DNA of 49,506 bases from an uncultured Rhizobium sp. Lineage in GTDB: Bacteria > Pseudomonadota > Alphaproteobacteria > Micropepsales > Micropepsaceae. The notes beneath the pieces were generated by a model, which ran no database searches, had not been told where the DNA came from, and worked only from the letters and a program-made list of their open reading frames with translations. Shown one piece after another: positions 18,477-28,067 of this stretch. Made by a program: the position numbers and the translations under genes. Positions within the stretch are counted from its first letter, which is position 1, and each line of letters opens with the position of its first letter. The DNA lies in NCBI GenBank assembly GCA_964566095.1, contig CAZMHP010000002.1:1-49506 (forward strand), given 5' to 3'.

Positions 18477-19477
18477 TGACCAGGCTTGTAGATCTGGTCG
18501 AACACGCCCTTGTCGGCAAAGTAGGTGGACTGCGCCTTTTGCCAGTCGCCGAAGATCTCGCCGAAATCATAGAGCGTGATGTTCGGGAAGTCGGCGGCGT
18601 GCGCCGCGGCGATCGCCGGATCGCGCACGCGATAGAAGTTCTTCGCCTCGATCTCCTGGCCTTCCTTGCTGTAGAGGAAGTTCAAATAGGCGTTGGAGAT
18701 GTCGCGCGTGTTGTGCTTGTCGACATTCTTGTCGACCACCGAGACGGGCGGCTCGGCGCGGATCGAGACGGGCGGATAGACGATCTGGAACTGATCGCCG
18801 CCGCTTTCTTTCAGCGCCAGGCGCGCCTCGTTCTCCCAGGACAGCAGAACGTCGCCGATGCCGCGCTGCGCGAAGGTCGTGGTCGAACCGCGCGCGCCCG
18901 TGTCCAGGACCGGCACATGGTGGTAGAGCGTCGTCACGAAAGCCTTCGCCTTGTCGGCGTTGCCGCCCGGCGCCTTGAGCGCATAGGCCCAAGCCGCGAG
19001 GAATGACCAGCGCGCGCCGCCAGACGTCTTCGGGTTGGGCGTGATCACCTGCACACCCGGTTTGATCAGATCGGGCCAGTCCTTGATCTTCCAGGGATTG
19101 CCCTTGCGCACCAGGAACACGATGGTCGAAGTATAAGGCGTCGCATTGTTCGGCAGCCGGGTGGCCCAATTCTTCGCAAGCAACCCCTTGGACGCGATCG
19201 CGTCGATGTCATAGGCGAGCGCGAGCGTCACCACATCGGCTTCCAGGCCGTCGATCACGGCTCGCGACTGCGCGCCGGAACCGCCGTGGGATTGGTTGAT
19301 GGTCACGTTGTCGCCGCCATGGCTTTTCTTCCAATCGGCGATGAAGGCGGCATTGACCTGCTTGTACAGCTCGCGAGTCGGGTCATAACTGACATTGAGC
19401 AAAGTGATATCGGCGGCCTGCGCGGTGCCGACCGAGAGGATGGCAGCCGCGGCCAGGGCGGAAATCAGGCGTTTCAT
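18473..19477 (-). CDS. sbp: Periplasmic sulfate-binding protein
   Basis: Signal peptide; [50 protein letters not shown] (alternative start 19498). Confidence 0.96.
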   Translation of the reverse strand: MKRLISALAAAAILSVGTAQAADITLLNVSYDPTRELYKQVNAAFIADWKKSHGGDNVTINQSHGGSGAQSRAVIDGLEADVVTLALAYDIDAIASKGLLAKNWATRLPNNATPYTSTIVFLVRKGNPWKIKDWPDLIKPGVQVITPNPKTSGGARWSFLAAWAYALKAPGGNADKAKAFVTTLYHHVPVLDTGARGSTTTFAQRGIGDVLLSWENEARLALKESGGDQFQIVYPPVSIRAEPPVSVVDKNVDKHNTRDISNAYLNFLYSKEGQEIEAKNFYRVRDPAIAAAHAADFPNITLYDFGEIFGDWQKAQSTYFADKGVFDQIYKPGQ

Positions 19478-19511
19478 ATCGGGAACTCCATTCTGCAATG
19501 GGGGAAACGGT

Positions 19512-21188
19512 TCAAAGCGAGATTTGGGCGCGTAACGCGATCGTCGACAGATTTTGTCCGCCGTTTACCTGGGGAAGCAGGGTGGCGAAGTTGGGCGACG
19601 GCAGGTTGGAGAACACCGTGCTCGGCGATTGCAGGCGGCTGACCTGAATGTACTGGTATTGCAGGGCGAATTTCACGAAATTGTTGGGATACCAGTTGAG
19701 CGCCGCCGTCAGAATCCGCTGATCGCCGCCGCGCACCGTATTGTAGAACGTATAGGTACGGTTTGTGCCGCTGGGCCAGGTGGTTACGACATTGGTCGTG
19801 TCGAGCGCATGGCTGTTGAGATCGAGGTCGCTGAAGCGACCCGCCAATTCGAACGCGCCCCAGCCGGAGTCCGGACCGAAGCCGAAGGGATGGGCGACCT
19901 TGGGCGCGGTGAACGAGCCCGTCGACTGGTTATAGGGCTTCTGTTCGCCGGTCAGGATCCAGCTCGCCTGCGCGTACCAGCCGCTGAACGAGTTGTTGGA
20001 AGGCTGGACGATCTGGGTGTGCGACGTTCCCGCCACCGCGAAGGTGGTGAGAGCGATCGGCGCGCGGTCGACCTCGATGTCGTAGTAGCCGGCCTGGCCG
20101 TAGAAATTGAGGAAATTGCCGGCCGCCTCGGCACCCCATTGCGAGATGTGATTGGTGGGAAGCGAGCCGGTCGTGGCGAACAGGATACCGTTCGAGTCGA
20201 CGGTCAGTTCCGGCGGATCGGAGAGCGTAAAGCTGTTGAGCGCGGTCGCGCCCGGCGTGGTGGACAGCGTCGCACCGCCATGCGCGACCGCATCCGGCGG
20301 CTTGATCACATAGGTGCCGTTGATGCCGACGACCAGGTTCGTGGTCGAGTCGTGCCAGAAGCGGTCGGACAGCCGCCCGACCACCGCCTGCTGTTCGTCG
20401 AAGTTCGGCGCGGCGGTCGCGCCCGCCGCGGCCAGCGCCTTGGCGCCGTCGCCGATCTTGTTGCCGGTGTAGGACAGCGCGCCGAAGAGTTCTTCGCCGA
20501 GATAGAGGATGGACACGGCATCGCGGCCGTCACCGCCCGCGATATTGCGCTGCAGGTCCGAAGGTGCGTTGCGCTCCAGGAAGATCGTGTCGCCGGCCGA
20601 AGTGCCGTCCTCGATGCTGGCCGGTGCCGGATAGGCGCCGACGCGGAACGCGAAGGGCGCCAACCCGTCATACTGAACGTAGACGGACTGGATGTGGCCG
20701 GGCGTCTCGGTGCCGCCGCTGCCGCCGAAGTCGAAGTTCACGTTGTACGACCAGCTGCCGAACGCCTTGCCCTGAACGCCCAGATAGACGCGGCGGAAAT
20801 TCGCTCCGCTCGAAAGGTCGGGACCGAACGCGGCCGGTAGCGATGCCGCGCCGGCGCTTTGCGAGTAATAGCCCCAGTCGAGCTGGGCAAGGGCGCGGAT
20901 CGCCAGGCTGAAGTCGCCGTCGGCGCTGGTGAAGGTCGGCCGGCCGTTGTCGAGCTTGATCTGCACCTGACCCGAGAATTGGCGGTTGACGTCGCTATAT
21001 TGGTCGCTCTGGCTGCGCTTCAGATCGCCGAGCTGCGTGTTGACGTCGTCGAGCTCCTGCTGGAGCGCCCTGAGGCGATCCTCGGTGTCGCTCGGTTGCG
21101 CGGCCGCGGCGTGCGCACCGCTGGCGAGGGCTAGGCCGGCTGTGCCGACAAGAAGCATGGCGGCGAGGCCGCGAAATCGAACAAGCAT
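19512..21188 (-). CDS. OprO/OprP-family anion-selective porin
   Basis: Signal peptide plus coiled coil; [43 protein letters not shown]-terminal beta-strand. Confidence 0.85.
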   Translation of the reverse strand: MLVRFRGLAAMLLVGTAGLALASGAHAAAAQPSDTEDRLRALQQELDDVNTQLGDLKRSQSDQYSDVNRQFSGQVQIKLDNGRPTFTSADGDFSLAIRALAQLDWGYYSQSAGAASLPAAFGPDLSSGANFRRVYLGVQGKAFGSWSYNVNFDFGGSGGTETPGHIQSVYVQYDGLAPFAFRVGAYPAPASIEDGTSAGDTIFLERNAPSDLQRNIAGGDGRDAVSILYLGEELFGALSYTGNKIGDGAKALAAAGATAAPNFDEQQAVVGRLSDRFWHDSTTNLVVGINGTYVIKPPDAVAHGGATLSTTPGATALNSFTLSDPPELTVDSNGILFATTGSLPTNHISQWGAEAAGNFLNFYGQAGYYDIEVDRAPIALTTFAVAGTSHTQIVQPSNNSFSGWYAQASWILTGEQKPYNQSTGSFTAPKVAHPFGFGPDSGWGAFELAGRFSDLDLNSHALDTTNVVTTWPSGTNRTYTFYNTVRGGDQRILTAALNWYPNNFVKFALQYQYIQVSRLQSPSTVFSNLPSPNFATLLPQVNGGQNLSTIALRAQISL

Positions 21189-21250
21189 TTTTCAATCCCC
21201 AGATCATTAGGCGCGGCCCGCGCCGCATCGATGCCGTTACGATTCTCCAA

Positions 21251-21291
21251 AATCACTACCTAGTCAATAGAGATTATGTAGTATAACTACA
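21251..21291. promoter_or_regulatory. Candidate operator(s) upstream of the porin-sbp-cysTWA operon
   Basis: AT-rich dyads AATCACTA-N9-TAGAGATT (21251-21275) and TGTAGT-ATA-ACTACA (21277-21291). Confidence 0.5.
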
Positions 21292-21367
21292 GCCCGCCTT
21301 ATGGACAATCGCGAGTGCCCGCATCGCCGTGCGTTTCCGACGTCAGAATAAGAGGGACGTGGATTGT

Positions 21368-21802
21368 CTACGCCCAGCCGGCTTTGCGCGCCGTGGCTGC
21401 CGCCTGCGCCAAGTTGCGCGACTCCAGCACCTGTGCCGTTGCCTCGCGCGCGGCGAGCAGCACCTTGCGGATGGCGCAGGTCGACTCGTCCACGCAATCC
21501 TCGCATTTGTGATAGGCGGTCACCGACACGCAGGGCGCCAGCGCCAGCGGCCCGTCGATGGTGCGGATCACGTCGGCGAAGCTGATATCCTTCGCGGGCT
21601 TGCCGATCAGATAGCCGCCGGCGCGGCCGCGCTGGCTGCGCACCATGCCGCGCCTTTTCAAGTCGAGCAGGATCTGCTCCAGGAATTTGCGCGGCACGCG
21701 CGCCTTGACCGCGATATCGGCGATCTGCAGCGGCTCGCCCTCGCCATATTCGGCCAGGACGATCAGGGCATGAAGCGCGTAGCGGGCCTTTTGGGAGAGC
21801 AC
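21368..21802 (-). CDS. Rrf2 family transcriptional regulator
   Basis: KARYALHAL, PRKFLEQIL, SQRGRAGGY, IDGPLALAPC..C..C..C. Confidence 0.93.
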   Translation of the reverse strand: MLSQKARYALHALIVLAEYGEGEPLQIADIAVKARVPRKFLEQILLDLKRRGMVRSQRGRAGGYLIGKPAKDISFADVIRTIDGPLALAPCVSVTAYHKCEDCVDESTCAIRKVLLAAREATAQVLESRNLAQAAATARKAGWA

Positions 21803-21935
21803 GGCGGTAACTCGACGGAACCGCTGGACACTATCGAGACTATGGGACCAAACGCAACAAGGGGTTACGCGCTTTTGCCGTTGCCTCGGGGCGGCGCATC
21901 GCTAGGCTGTTGTCAACCCGCGTCGAGGTCATGCC

Positions 21936-22859
21936 ATGCTCGTTCATCCCACGGGGAAGTTCGACAACCGTGCCCGCAAGTACGATCACATCGCGGTCCG
22001 GCCGCTCGCGGCGGCGATGGGCGCCGAGATCCAGGGCGTGACGATCGCGGGGATCACGGACGCGCAATTCGTCGAGGTGAGGGACGCGCTGTTTCGCCAC
22101 AAAATGATCTATTTTCGCGACCAGCGGATGTCGCACGCGGACCAGGAATCCTTCAGCCTGCGCTTCGGCCCCTTCGCGGAAGATGCCTACACCAAGGGCG
22201 TGCCGGGCCACGTCAACGTCCAACCGCTGATCAAGGAGGCCGACAGCCGGACCGGCATGGTGTTCGGCTCGGGCTGGCACACGGATTCGCCCTTCCTCGA
22301 AAATCCACCCGCGATCAGCATGCTCTATGGCGTGGACATCCCGCCCTTCGGCGGCGACACGGTCTGGGCCAACTCCGTTCTCGCCTATGCGATGCTGAGC
22401 GAGACGATGCAGCGCATGCTCGCGCCGCTGAAGGTCCATATGTCGATGCGCTGGGTGCTTCAGTCGGCTCAGACCTATGGCGCGCTGGACGACACGGTCG
22501 TCGGCAAGCTCGCGGCCACCAGGGGCGCGGACAATCTGCCAGACGATATCGTGCGCAAAGTGGAGGGCACGCTGCACCCGCTGGTCCGCACGCACCCGGT
22601 CAGCGGCGAGAAGTCCCTGTATTGCGACGGCTCCTACGCCGTGGGCATCGACGGCCTCACCGAGCCGGAGGCTGAGGCCATCCTGAAATTCCTCGTCGGG
22701 CACATGACGCAGCCGGCCTTCACCTGCCGTTTGCGCTGGGAGCCCAAGACCTTCGCATTGTGGGACAACCGTATTTGCATACACCAGGCCTTCAACGACT
22801 ATGACGGCTATCGCCGCGAGCTCTACCGCACCACCGTCGCCGGCGAGGTGCCGAAGTAA
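21936..22859 (+). CDS. TauD/TfdA family Fe(II)/2OG dioxygenase
   Basis: GAEIQGV, WHTD, GGDTVWAN, HPLVRTHPVSGEKSLY, WDNR..HQA. Confidence 0.93.
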   Translation: MLVHPTGKFDNRARKYDHIAVRPLAAAMGAEIQGVTIAGITDAQFVEVRDALFRHKMIYFRDQRMSHADQESFSLRFGPFAEDAYTKGVPGHVNVQPLIKEADSRTGMVFGSGWHTDSPFLENPPAISMLYGVDIPPFGGDTVWANSVLAYAMLSETMQRMLAPLKVHMSMRWVLQSAQTYGALDDTVVGKLAATRGADNLPDDIVRKVEGTLHPLVRTHPVSGEKSLYCDGSYAVGIDGLTEPEAEAILKFLVGHMTQPAFTCRLRWEPKTFALWDNRICIHQAFNDYDGYRRELYRTTVAGEVPK

Positions 22860-22927
22860 GGCTTTTCCTTTACAGCCGCAGGGTGAATCAGATTTGGATT
22901 TGCGGGCACGCTGGAGCCTTGCCCCGC

Positions 22928-23488
22928 ATGAAGCGCTATCTCACCCGCACCTGGATCAGCCCCAAGCTCGTGCCGGGCGAGTCCAAGATCCACTACGACG
23001 GCGTCCTGGCCGCCGCCGCCGTCAAGCGCGGCGAGAAGCTGATGGAATTCGGCGGCGAGCTGATCACGCGCGCAGAAGCGGACGATGGTCCCTATCGTGT
23101 GCGCTCGATCTGGGCGGTCGGTCCCGATGCCTATCTGGCACTGCCGCAGAGCGACACCGCGCCAAGCCTGGACGAGAATCTCAACCATTCCTGCGACCCC
23201 AACGCGTGGCTGGCGGGCGACGTCACCCTGGTGGCGCGGCGCAATATCGCCGCCGGCGAGGAGATCACGCTCGACCAGGGCACCTGGAACTTCGACGAGA
23301 CCGAATACACCGTCGATGCGGAGGACTGCACCTGCGGCTCATCGCTGTGCCGCACCCGCCTGACGGAGAACGATTGGCAGCTTCCCGATCTCCAAAAGCG
23401 CTACCGGGGGCACTTCCACTCCATCGTCCAGGCGCTGATCGAGGCCCGCCGCGTTTCGACGCCGCTGCGGCGCAAAAAGGCTGCCTGA
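22928..23488 (+). CDS. SET-domain protein with post-SET Cys motif
   Basis: LNHSCDPN, ARRNIAAGEEITLD, CTCGSSLCR. Confidence 0.88.
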   Translation: MKRYLTRTWISPKLVPGESKIHYDGVLAAAAVKRGEKLMEFGGELITRAEADDGPYRVRSIWAVGPDAYLALPQSDTAPSLDENLNHSCDPNAWLAGDVTLVARRNIAAGEEITLDQGTWNFDETEYTVDAEDCTCGSSLCRTRLTENDWQLPDLQKRYRGHFHSIVQALIEARRVSTPLRRKKAA

Positions 23489-23566
23489 CGACCCGCCGTC
23501 CGCCGCTTTGTGCCGGGCCCGCCGGCATGCCAAATTCGATGTCAAATCGACAATTGGGAGGATCCC

Positions 23567-23998
23567 TTGAAACCCTTCTGCCTGATCGCGGCCGCCCTGG
23601 TCTTTGCTGCGTCGTCCGCGCCCGCGCTGGCATCGCATGCCCGGCCCGGTCTTTGGAACACGACCACCACGATGACGATGAGCGGCGTGCAAGGCATGAA
23701 CATGCCGCCACAGACCCACTCGGCGACCTTCTGCATGACCGCCGCCGAGGCCAGCAGCGCCGCGCCGCGTCCGCCCAATCCGAGTTGCGCGGTGCAGAAC
23801 ATCCGCAATGACGGGCACACGGTCAGCGCCGACATGGTCTGCCACGGCCAGATGGAAGGCACGGGCCATTTCAGCACGACTTATGACAGCGACACGCATT
23901 ACCGCGCCACGATGTCCATGGCGATGAACGGCATGTCGATGAACAATGCCATCGAGGGCAAGTGGCTGAAGGCCGACTGCGCCGGAGCGTCGCACTGA
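23567..23998 (+). CDS. DUF3617-like secreted protein
   Basis: Signal peptide; RPGLWNTT, four Cys, C-terminal GKWLKADC; GGGAGG SD before TTG. Confidence 0.8.
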   Translation: MKPFCLIAAALVFAASSAPALASHARPGLWNTTTTMTMSGVQGMNMPPQTHSATFCMTAAEASSAAPRPPNPSCAVQNIRNDGHTVSADMVCHGQMEGTGHFSTTYDSDTHYRATMSMAMNGMSMNNAIEGKWLKADCAGASH

Positions 23999-23999
23999 G

Positions 24000-24764
24000 G
24001 TGAAGACGGACGGCGGCGCGTACGAGTTGGCCGATCTGCTGCGTGCCGCGCGCCGTGCGGTCGTCTTCACGGGCGCGGGGATATCCACCGAGTCCGGTAT
24101 TCCCGACTTCCGTTCGCCTGGCGGCATCTGGACCAAGATGATGCCCATCGACTTCGACGCGTTCGTCGCCTCGCCCGAGGCGCGGCGCGAAAGCTGGCGC
24201 CGCCGCTTCGAGATGGAGGAAACGTGGAACGCGGTGAAGCCGAACGCCGGTCATGCGGCCGTGGCCGAACTCGTGCGCCAACGCAAGGTCACCCACGTCG
24301 TCACCCAGAACATCGACAATCTGCACCAGGATTCCGGCGTGCCGGACGACCGGGTGATCGAGCTGCACGGCAACACGCGTTACGCCAAGTGCCTGAATTG
24401 CGGCGCGCGGATGGAGATCGCCGACATCCGGGCCCATTTCGGCGCGCATGGCGAGCCGCCGGTCTGCAAGTTCTGCGGCGGCGTCGTCAAGACCGCGACC
24501 ATCTCCTTCGGCCAGGCCATGCCGGAGGCGCAGATGGACCTGGCGCGGCGCGCGACGCTGGCGTGCGATCTGATGCTGGTGCTGGGTTCCTCGCTCGTGG
24601 TCTATCCGGCGGCCGGATTTCCGCTGCTGGCCAAGCGGGCAGGGGCGCGCCTCGCCATCGTCAACCGCGAAGCGACCGAGCAGGATCCCTACGCCGATCT
24701 CGTCCTGCACAGCGAGATCGGGCCGACCCTGACCGCCGCGCTCGAACATTTGCGCCCGGCGTGA
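24000..24764 (+). CDS. Sir2/CobB family NAD-dependent deacylase
   Basis: FTGAGISTESGIPDFR, TQNIDNLH, ELHG, CxxC...CxxC, GSSLVVYPAA. Confidence 0.95.
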   Translation: MKTDGGAYELADLLRAARRAVVFTGAGISTESGIPDFRSPGGIWTKMMPIDFDAFVASPEARRESWRRRFEMEETWNAVKPNAGHAAVAELVRQRKVTHVVTQNIDNLHQDSGVPDDRVIELHGNTRYAKCLNCGARMEIADIRAHFGAHGEPPVCKFCGGVVKTATISFGQAMPEAQMDLARRATLACDLMLVLGSSLVVYPAAGFPLLAKRAGARLAIVNREATEQDPYADLVLHSEIGPTLTAALEHLRPA

Positions 24765-24897
24765 GCGATTTGGGGCCAAAACCGTCGGCGCTGTAAGGCC
24801 TTTTGCCGCCCGTTAACGGCTTCAAAGGACGTGGACGCTAGCGTCCTTGGGGCTAGTATGCCCCCCGGATTCGAACCGCATTTTTCAGGAGCACCCC

Positions 24898-25500
24898 TTG
24901 CGCCGCCTCGACGAAGAAGACGACGACGAAAAGAACGACAAGAAGGCCCCCGAGCCGCAATCGACGCCGGTGATGAACGCGCTGTTCAAATCGCGCACGG
25001 TGCTGATCTTCGGCGAAGTCGACATGAAGATGGCCGAGCGCGTCTGCGCCCAGCTGCTCGCCTATGCGGCGGAAGGCGAGGGCGACGTTCGCATCATCCT
25101 CAACTCGCCCGGCGGTCATGTCGAATCCGGCGACACGATCCACGACATGATCCGCTTCGTCGGTCCGCGGGTGAAGATCATCGGCACCGGCTGGGTCGCG
25201 TCCGCCGGCGCGCACATCTTCCTCGGCGCCAAGAAGGAAAATCGCTTCTGCCTTCCCTTCACGCGGTTTTTGCTGCACCAGCCGCTCGGCGGCGTCCGCG
25301 GCCAGGCGACCGACATCGAGATCGAGGCGGAAGAGATCATCAAGATGCGCGAGCGGCTGATCCGCGAGATCGCGCTGGAGACCGGCCAGACCTACGAGCG
25401 TGTGGTCAAGGACACCGAGCGGAATTTCTGGATGGGCGCGGAGGACGCGGTGAAATACGGCCTCGTCAGCCGCGTGGTCGCGCGCGCGAGCGAGGTTTGA
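24898..25500 (+). CDS. clpP: ATP-dependent Clp protease proteolytic subunit (paralog not linked to clpX)
   Basis: LNSPGG, VASAG (Ser), LLHQPLGG (His), DTERNFWM; AGGAG SD before TTG 24898. Confidence 0.93.
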   Translation: MRRLDEEDDDEKNDKKAPEPQSTPVMNALFKSRTVLIFGEVDMKMAERVCAQLLAYAAEGEGDVRIILNSPGGHVESGDTIHDMIRFVGPRVKIIGTGWVASAGAHIFLGAKKENRFCLPFTRFLLHQPLGGVRGQATDIEIEAEEIIKMRERLIREIALETGQTYERVVKDTERNFWMGAEDAVKYGLVSRVVARASEV

Positions 25501-25501
25501 G

Positions 25502-27103
25502 ATGACGGCGCCGTGGTGGCGCGGCGCCGTCGTCTATCAGGTCTACATCCGCAGCTTCTGCGACGCCAATGGCGACGGGCAGGGCGATTTCGCCGGCCTG
25601 ATTTCCAAGCTCGACTACATCCAGAAACTCGGCGTCGACGCGATCTGGTTGTCGCCGATCCATCCCTCGCCCAATCGCGACTGGGGCTATGACGTCTCCG
25701 ACTATGACGGCGTGCATCCCGATTACGGCACGCTGGCCGACTTCGAGGCGCTCCTCGCCGCCGCGCATGCGCGCGGGCTCAAGATCATTCTCGACGAGGT
25801 TCTCTGCCACACCTCCGACGAGCATGCCTGGTTCCAGGCCAGCCTCGATGCCAAGAGCGACAAGCGCGACTGGTTCGTCTGGGCCGATCCCAAAGCCGAC
25901 GGCACGGTGCCGAACAACTGGCTCGCGGTGTTCGGCGGACCGGCCTGGGCCTATCGGCCGGAGCGGCGCCAGTATTACCACCACAAATTCCTGCGCCAGC
26001 AGCCCAAACTCAATTGGACCAACGCGTCCGCGAAGCACGCGTCGCTGGACGTGCTGACGCTCTGGCTTCGGCGCGGCGTCGACGGCTTTCGTCTCGACGT
26101 CGCCAACGCCTATCTCCACGATGCGGCGCTGACCGACAACCCTGCTATCCCGGCGGCCGAGCGCGGTCCACTGGAATGGTCGCACGCGGCAAACATGCAG
26201 CGGCATTTGCACGACTCCAACCTGTTCGAGAACCGCGCCGAGCTCGACGTGATCCGGCGCACGGTGGACCGCTTCGACGACCGCTTCGTATTCGGCGAAT
26301 TCTCGGAGGAGTTCGAGCGCTCGGGCGCCTATCTCGCACCGGACGAAGGCCTGCATGCCGGCTATACCTTCGGCCTGCTGGTCGCCAGCAAGCTCTCGCC
26401 CGGCTACATCCGCCGCTATGTCGACGACCTGGCCCGGCATCCGCGCCACTGGCCGTGCATGTCCTTCTCAAACCACGACGTGATCCGCACCGTGACCCGC
26501 TTTGGCGGAGCCAGGGACGGCGATCCGGCGCTCGCCAAGCTGCTCTTCGCGCTGCTCTGTTCGTTGCGCGGCACGACACTGATCTATCAGGGCGAGGAAT
26601 TGGGCCTGCCGGAGGTCGATCTGCGCCGCGACCAGCTCGAGGACCCCGTCGGCGATCTCTATTATCCGGTGGCCAAGGGCCGCGACGGTTGCCGCACGCC
26701 GATGCCGTGGAACGCCGGCGCACCCCATCTCGGCTTCACGACCGGCACGCCATGGCTCCCGCTTGGCCCCGCGCACAAAGCCTTGGCCGTGTCGGAGCAG
26801 GAAGGAAACGCGGACTCGCCGCTCGAATTCGCCCGCCACTTCCTCGCTGGCCGGCGCGCCAGCAAGGCGTTGCGGCTTGGGACCCTGAGCTTTCTCGAAA
26901 CCGACAAGCCGGTGCTCGCCTTTGTCCGCGAACAGGATGGCGAACGTGTGCTCTGCGTCTTCAACCTGAGCCGCGACGACGCGACCTTCATCCATCCGCT
27001 GGTTGCGGAGGGCAGCGTGATCGGCCTCGGCTGCGGCAATTCGGTGGACCGAGGCGAGACCCTCCACCTCGGCCCGTTAGCCGCCCGCTTCGCAACTCTT
27101 TGA
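25502..27103 (+). CDS. GH13 alpha-glucosidase
   Basis: WWRGAVVYQVYIRSF, GYDVSDY, PNNW, GVDGFRLDV, GEF, SNHD, YQGEELG, RDGCRTPMPW. Confidence 0.94.
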   Translation: MTAPWWRGAVVYQVYIRSFCDANGDGQGDFAGLISKLDYIQKLGVDAIWLSPIHPSPNRDWGYDVSDYDGVHPDYGTLADFEALLAAAHARGLKIILDEVLCHTSDEHAWFQASLDAKSDKRDWFVWADPKADGTVPNNWLAVFGGPAWAYRPERRQYYHHKFLRQQPKLNWTNASAKHASLDVLTLWLRRGVDGFRLDVANAYLHDAALTDNPAIPAAERGPLEWSHAANMQRHLHDSNLFENRAELDVIRRTVDRFDDRFVFGEFSEEFERSGAYLAPDEGLHAGYTFGLLVASKLSPGYIRRYVDDLARHPRHWPCMSFSNHDVIRTVTRFGGARDGDPALAKLLFALLCSLRGTTLIYQGEELGLPEVDLRRDQLEDPVGDLYYPVAKGRDGCRTPMPWNAGAPHLGFTTGTPWLPLGPAHKALAVSEQEGNADSPLEFARHFLAGRRASKALRLGTLSFLETDKPVLAFVREQDGERVLCVFNLSRDDATFIHPLVAEGSVIGLGCGNSVDRGETLHLGPLAARFATL

Positions 27104-27180
27104 AAACACTGAAGTGAAGATGAGGCGGAGGCCGCTGCCCCCGCCTCGATATCCGGACACCGGCCGTCGCGAGACGGCGG

Positions 27181-27510
27181 TTAGTGTTCTGCGCCGCCCG
27201 TCGCGCACAAGACGTGTGTCTTGTACTTGACGCCAACCAGATAGGTGGCGTCGCCTTTGCATCTGGACGGGCCGCGCGCGAGGCCGCTGCCGCCGATCGT
27301 GTCGCCGTCCTTGTACTTCGAACCCAAGAGCGTCCTGAACGAGACGTCCTTCATGCCGGGCTCCGCCGCCTTTACATAGGTGCATATGCCCTTCTTGGTG
27401 ACCGTCCCGCAAAACGGCGTGCGCTCGCCAAGGGCCAACGCCGGCATCGTGCTTATGGACAAGCCGAGCAATGCCGCAATGCCACACGCAACCAATATTC
27501 GCTTATGCAT
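27181..27510 (-). CDS. Small secreted hypothetical protein with four Cys in the mature part
   Basis: Signal peptide ending ALA; GGAGGG SD; 109 aa. Confidence 0.7.
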   Translation of the reverse strand: MHKRILVACGIAALLGLSISTMPALALGERTPFCGTVTKKGICTYVKAAEPGMKDVSFRTLLGSKYKDGDTIGGSGLARGPSRCKGDATYLVGVKYKTHVLCATGGAEH

Positions 27511-27638
27511 GGTTCCCTCCGAATATCCCAGTTGAACAAGGACTTCAGTATAGTTTCATATATTCAAGTAGTCACTATTCATTTACTTAAAAATTCTGAA
27601 GTAAAAACAATTGATATCTTACCCAGGTTGGGCCGTCT

Positions 27639-28067
27639 TCATCGCGGACTGGACGCTTCGGGCAAGGCCGCCAGCGCCGCCTCGATCGGCAGCAGCACGC
27701 AGGTGTGCCGCCCCTTGTGATCCGCGACGCCGTCGAACACCTCGAACACGTCGAACGGTGCGTCGGGCGGCCCGCCGCCTTCCAGCATGGCGATGACCGC
27801 GCCGCGCAGCCGCTCGAGTTCGTCGCGCGTCATGCCGACCGCCTCGGCGCCCAGGATGGCGGCGGAGGCCTGGGTCAGGACGCAGGCAAACGTATGGTGC
27901 GCCAGCGCCGCGATGCGCCCATCTTCCAGTGCGACGTCCACGACCACCTTGTCGCCGCAGGCAGGGTTGTGGGCCGTGCCGGTATGGCAGGTCACGGCAA
28001 GCCGGCCCGAGGCGGTGGCGGTGGCCGCCAGCCGCAGCAATTCCTTCTTGTAGAGCGGGTCGCTCAT
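27639..28067 (-). CDS. NifU/IscU/SufU-like Fe-S scaffold protein
   Basis: NPACGD, ACVLTQASA, RHTCVLLP (three Cys). Confidence 0.85.
   Translation of the reverse strand: MSDPLYKKELLRLAATATASGRLAVTCHTGTAHNPACGDKVVVDVALEDGRIAALAHHTFACVLTQASAAILGAEAVGMTRDELERLRGAVIAMLEGGGPPDAPFDVFEVFDGVADHKGRHTCVLLPIEAALAALPEASSPR

Noticed and set aside
2120-24820. TTAAC half-sites (2121, 8710, 24814) as CtrA boxes
   Set aside because: No full TTAA-N7-TTAA arrangement
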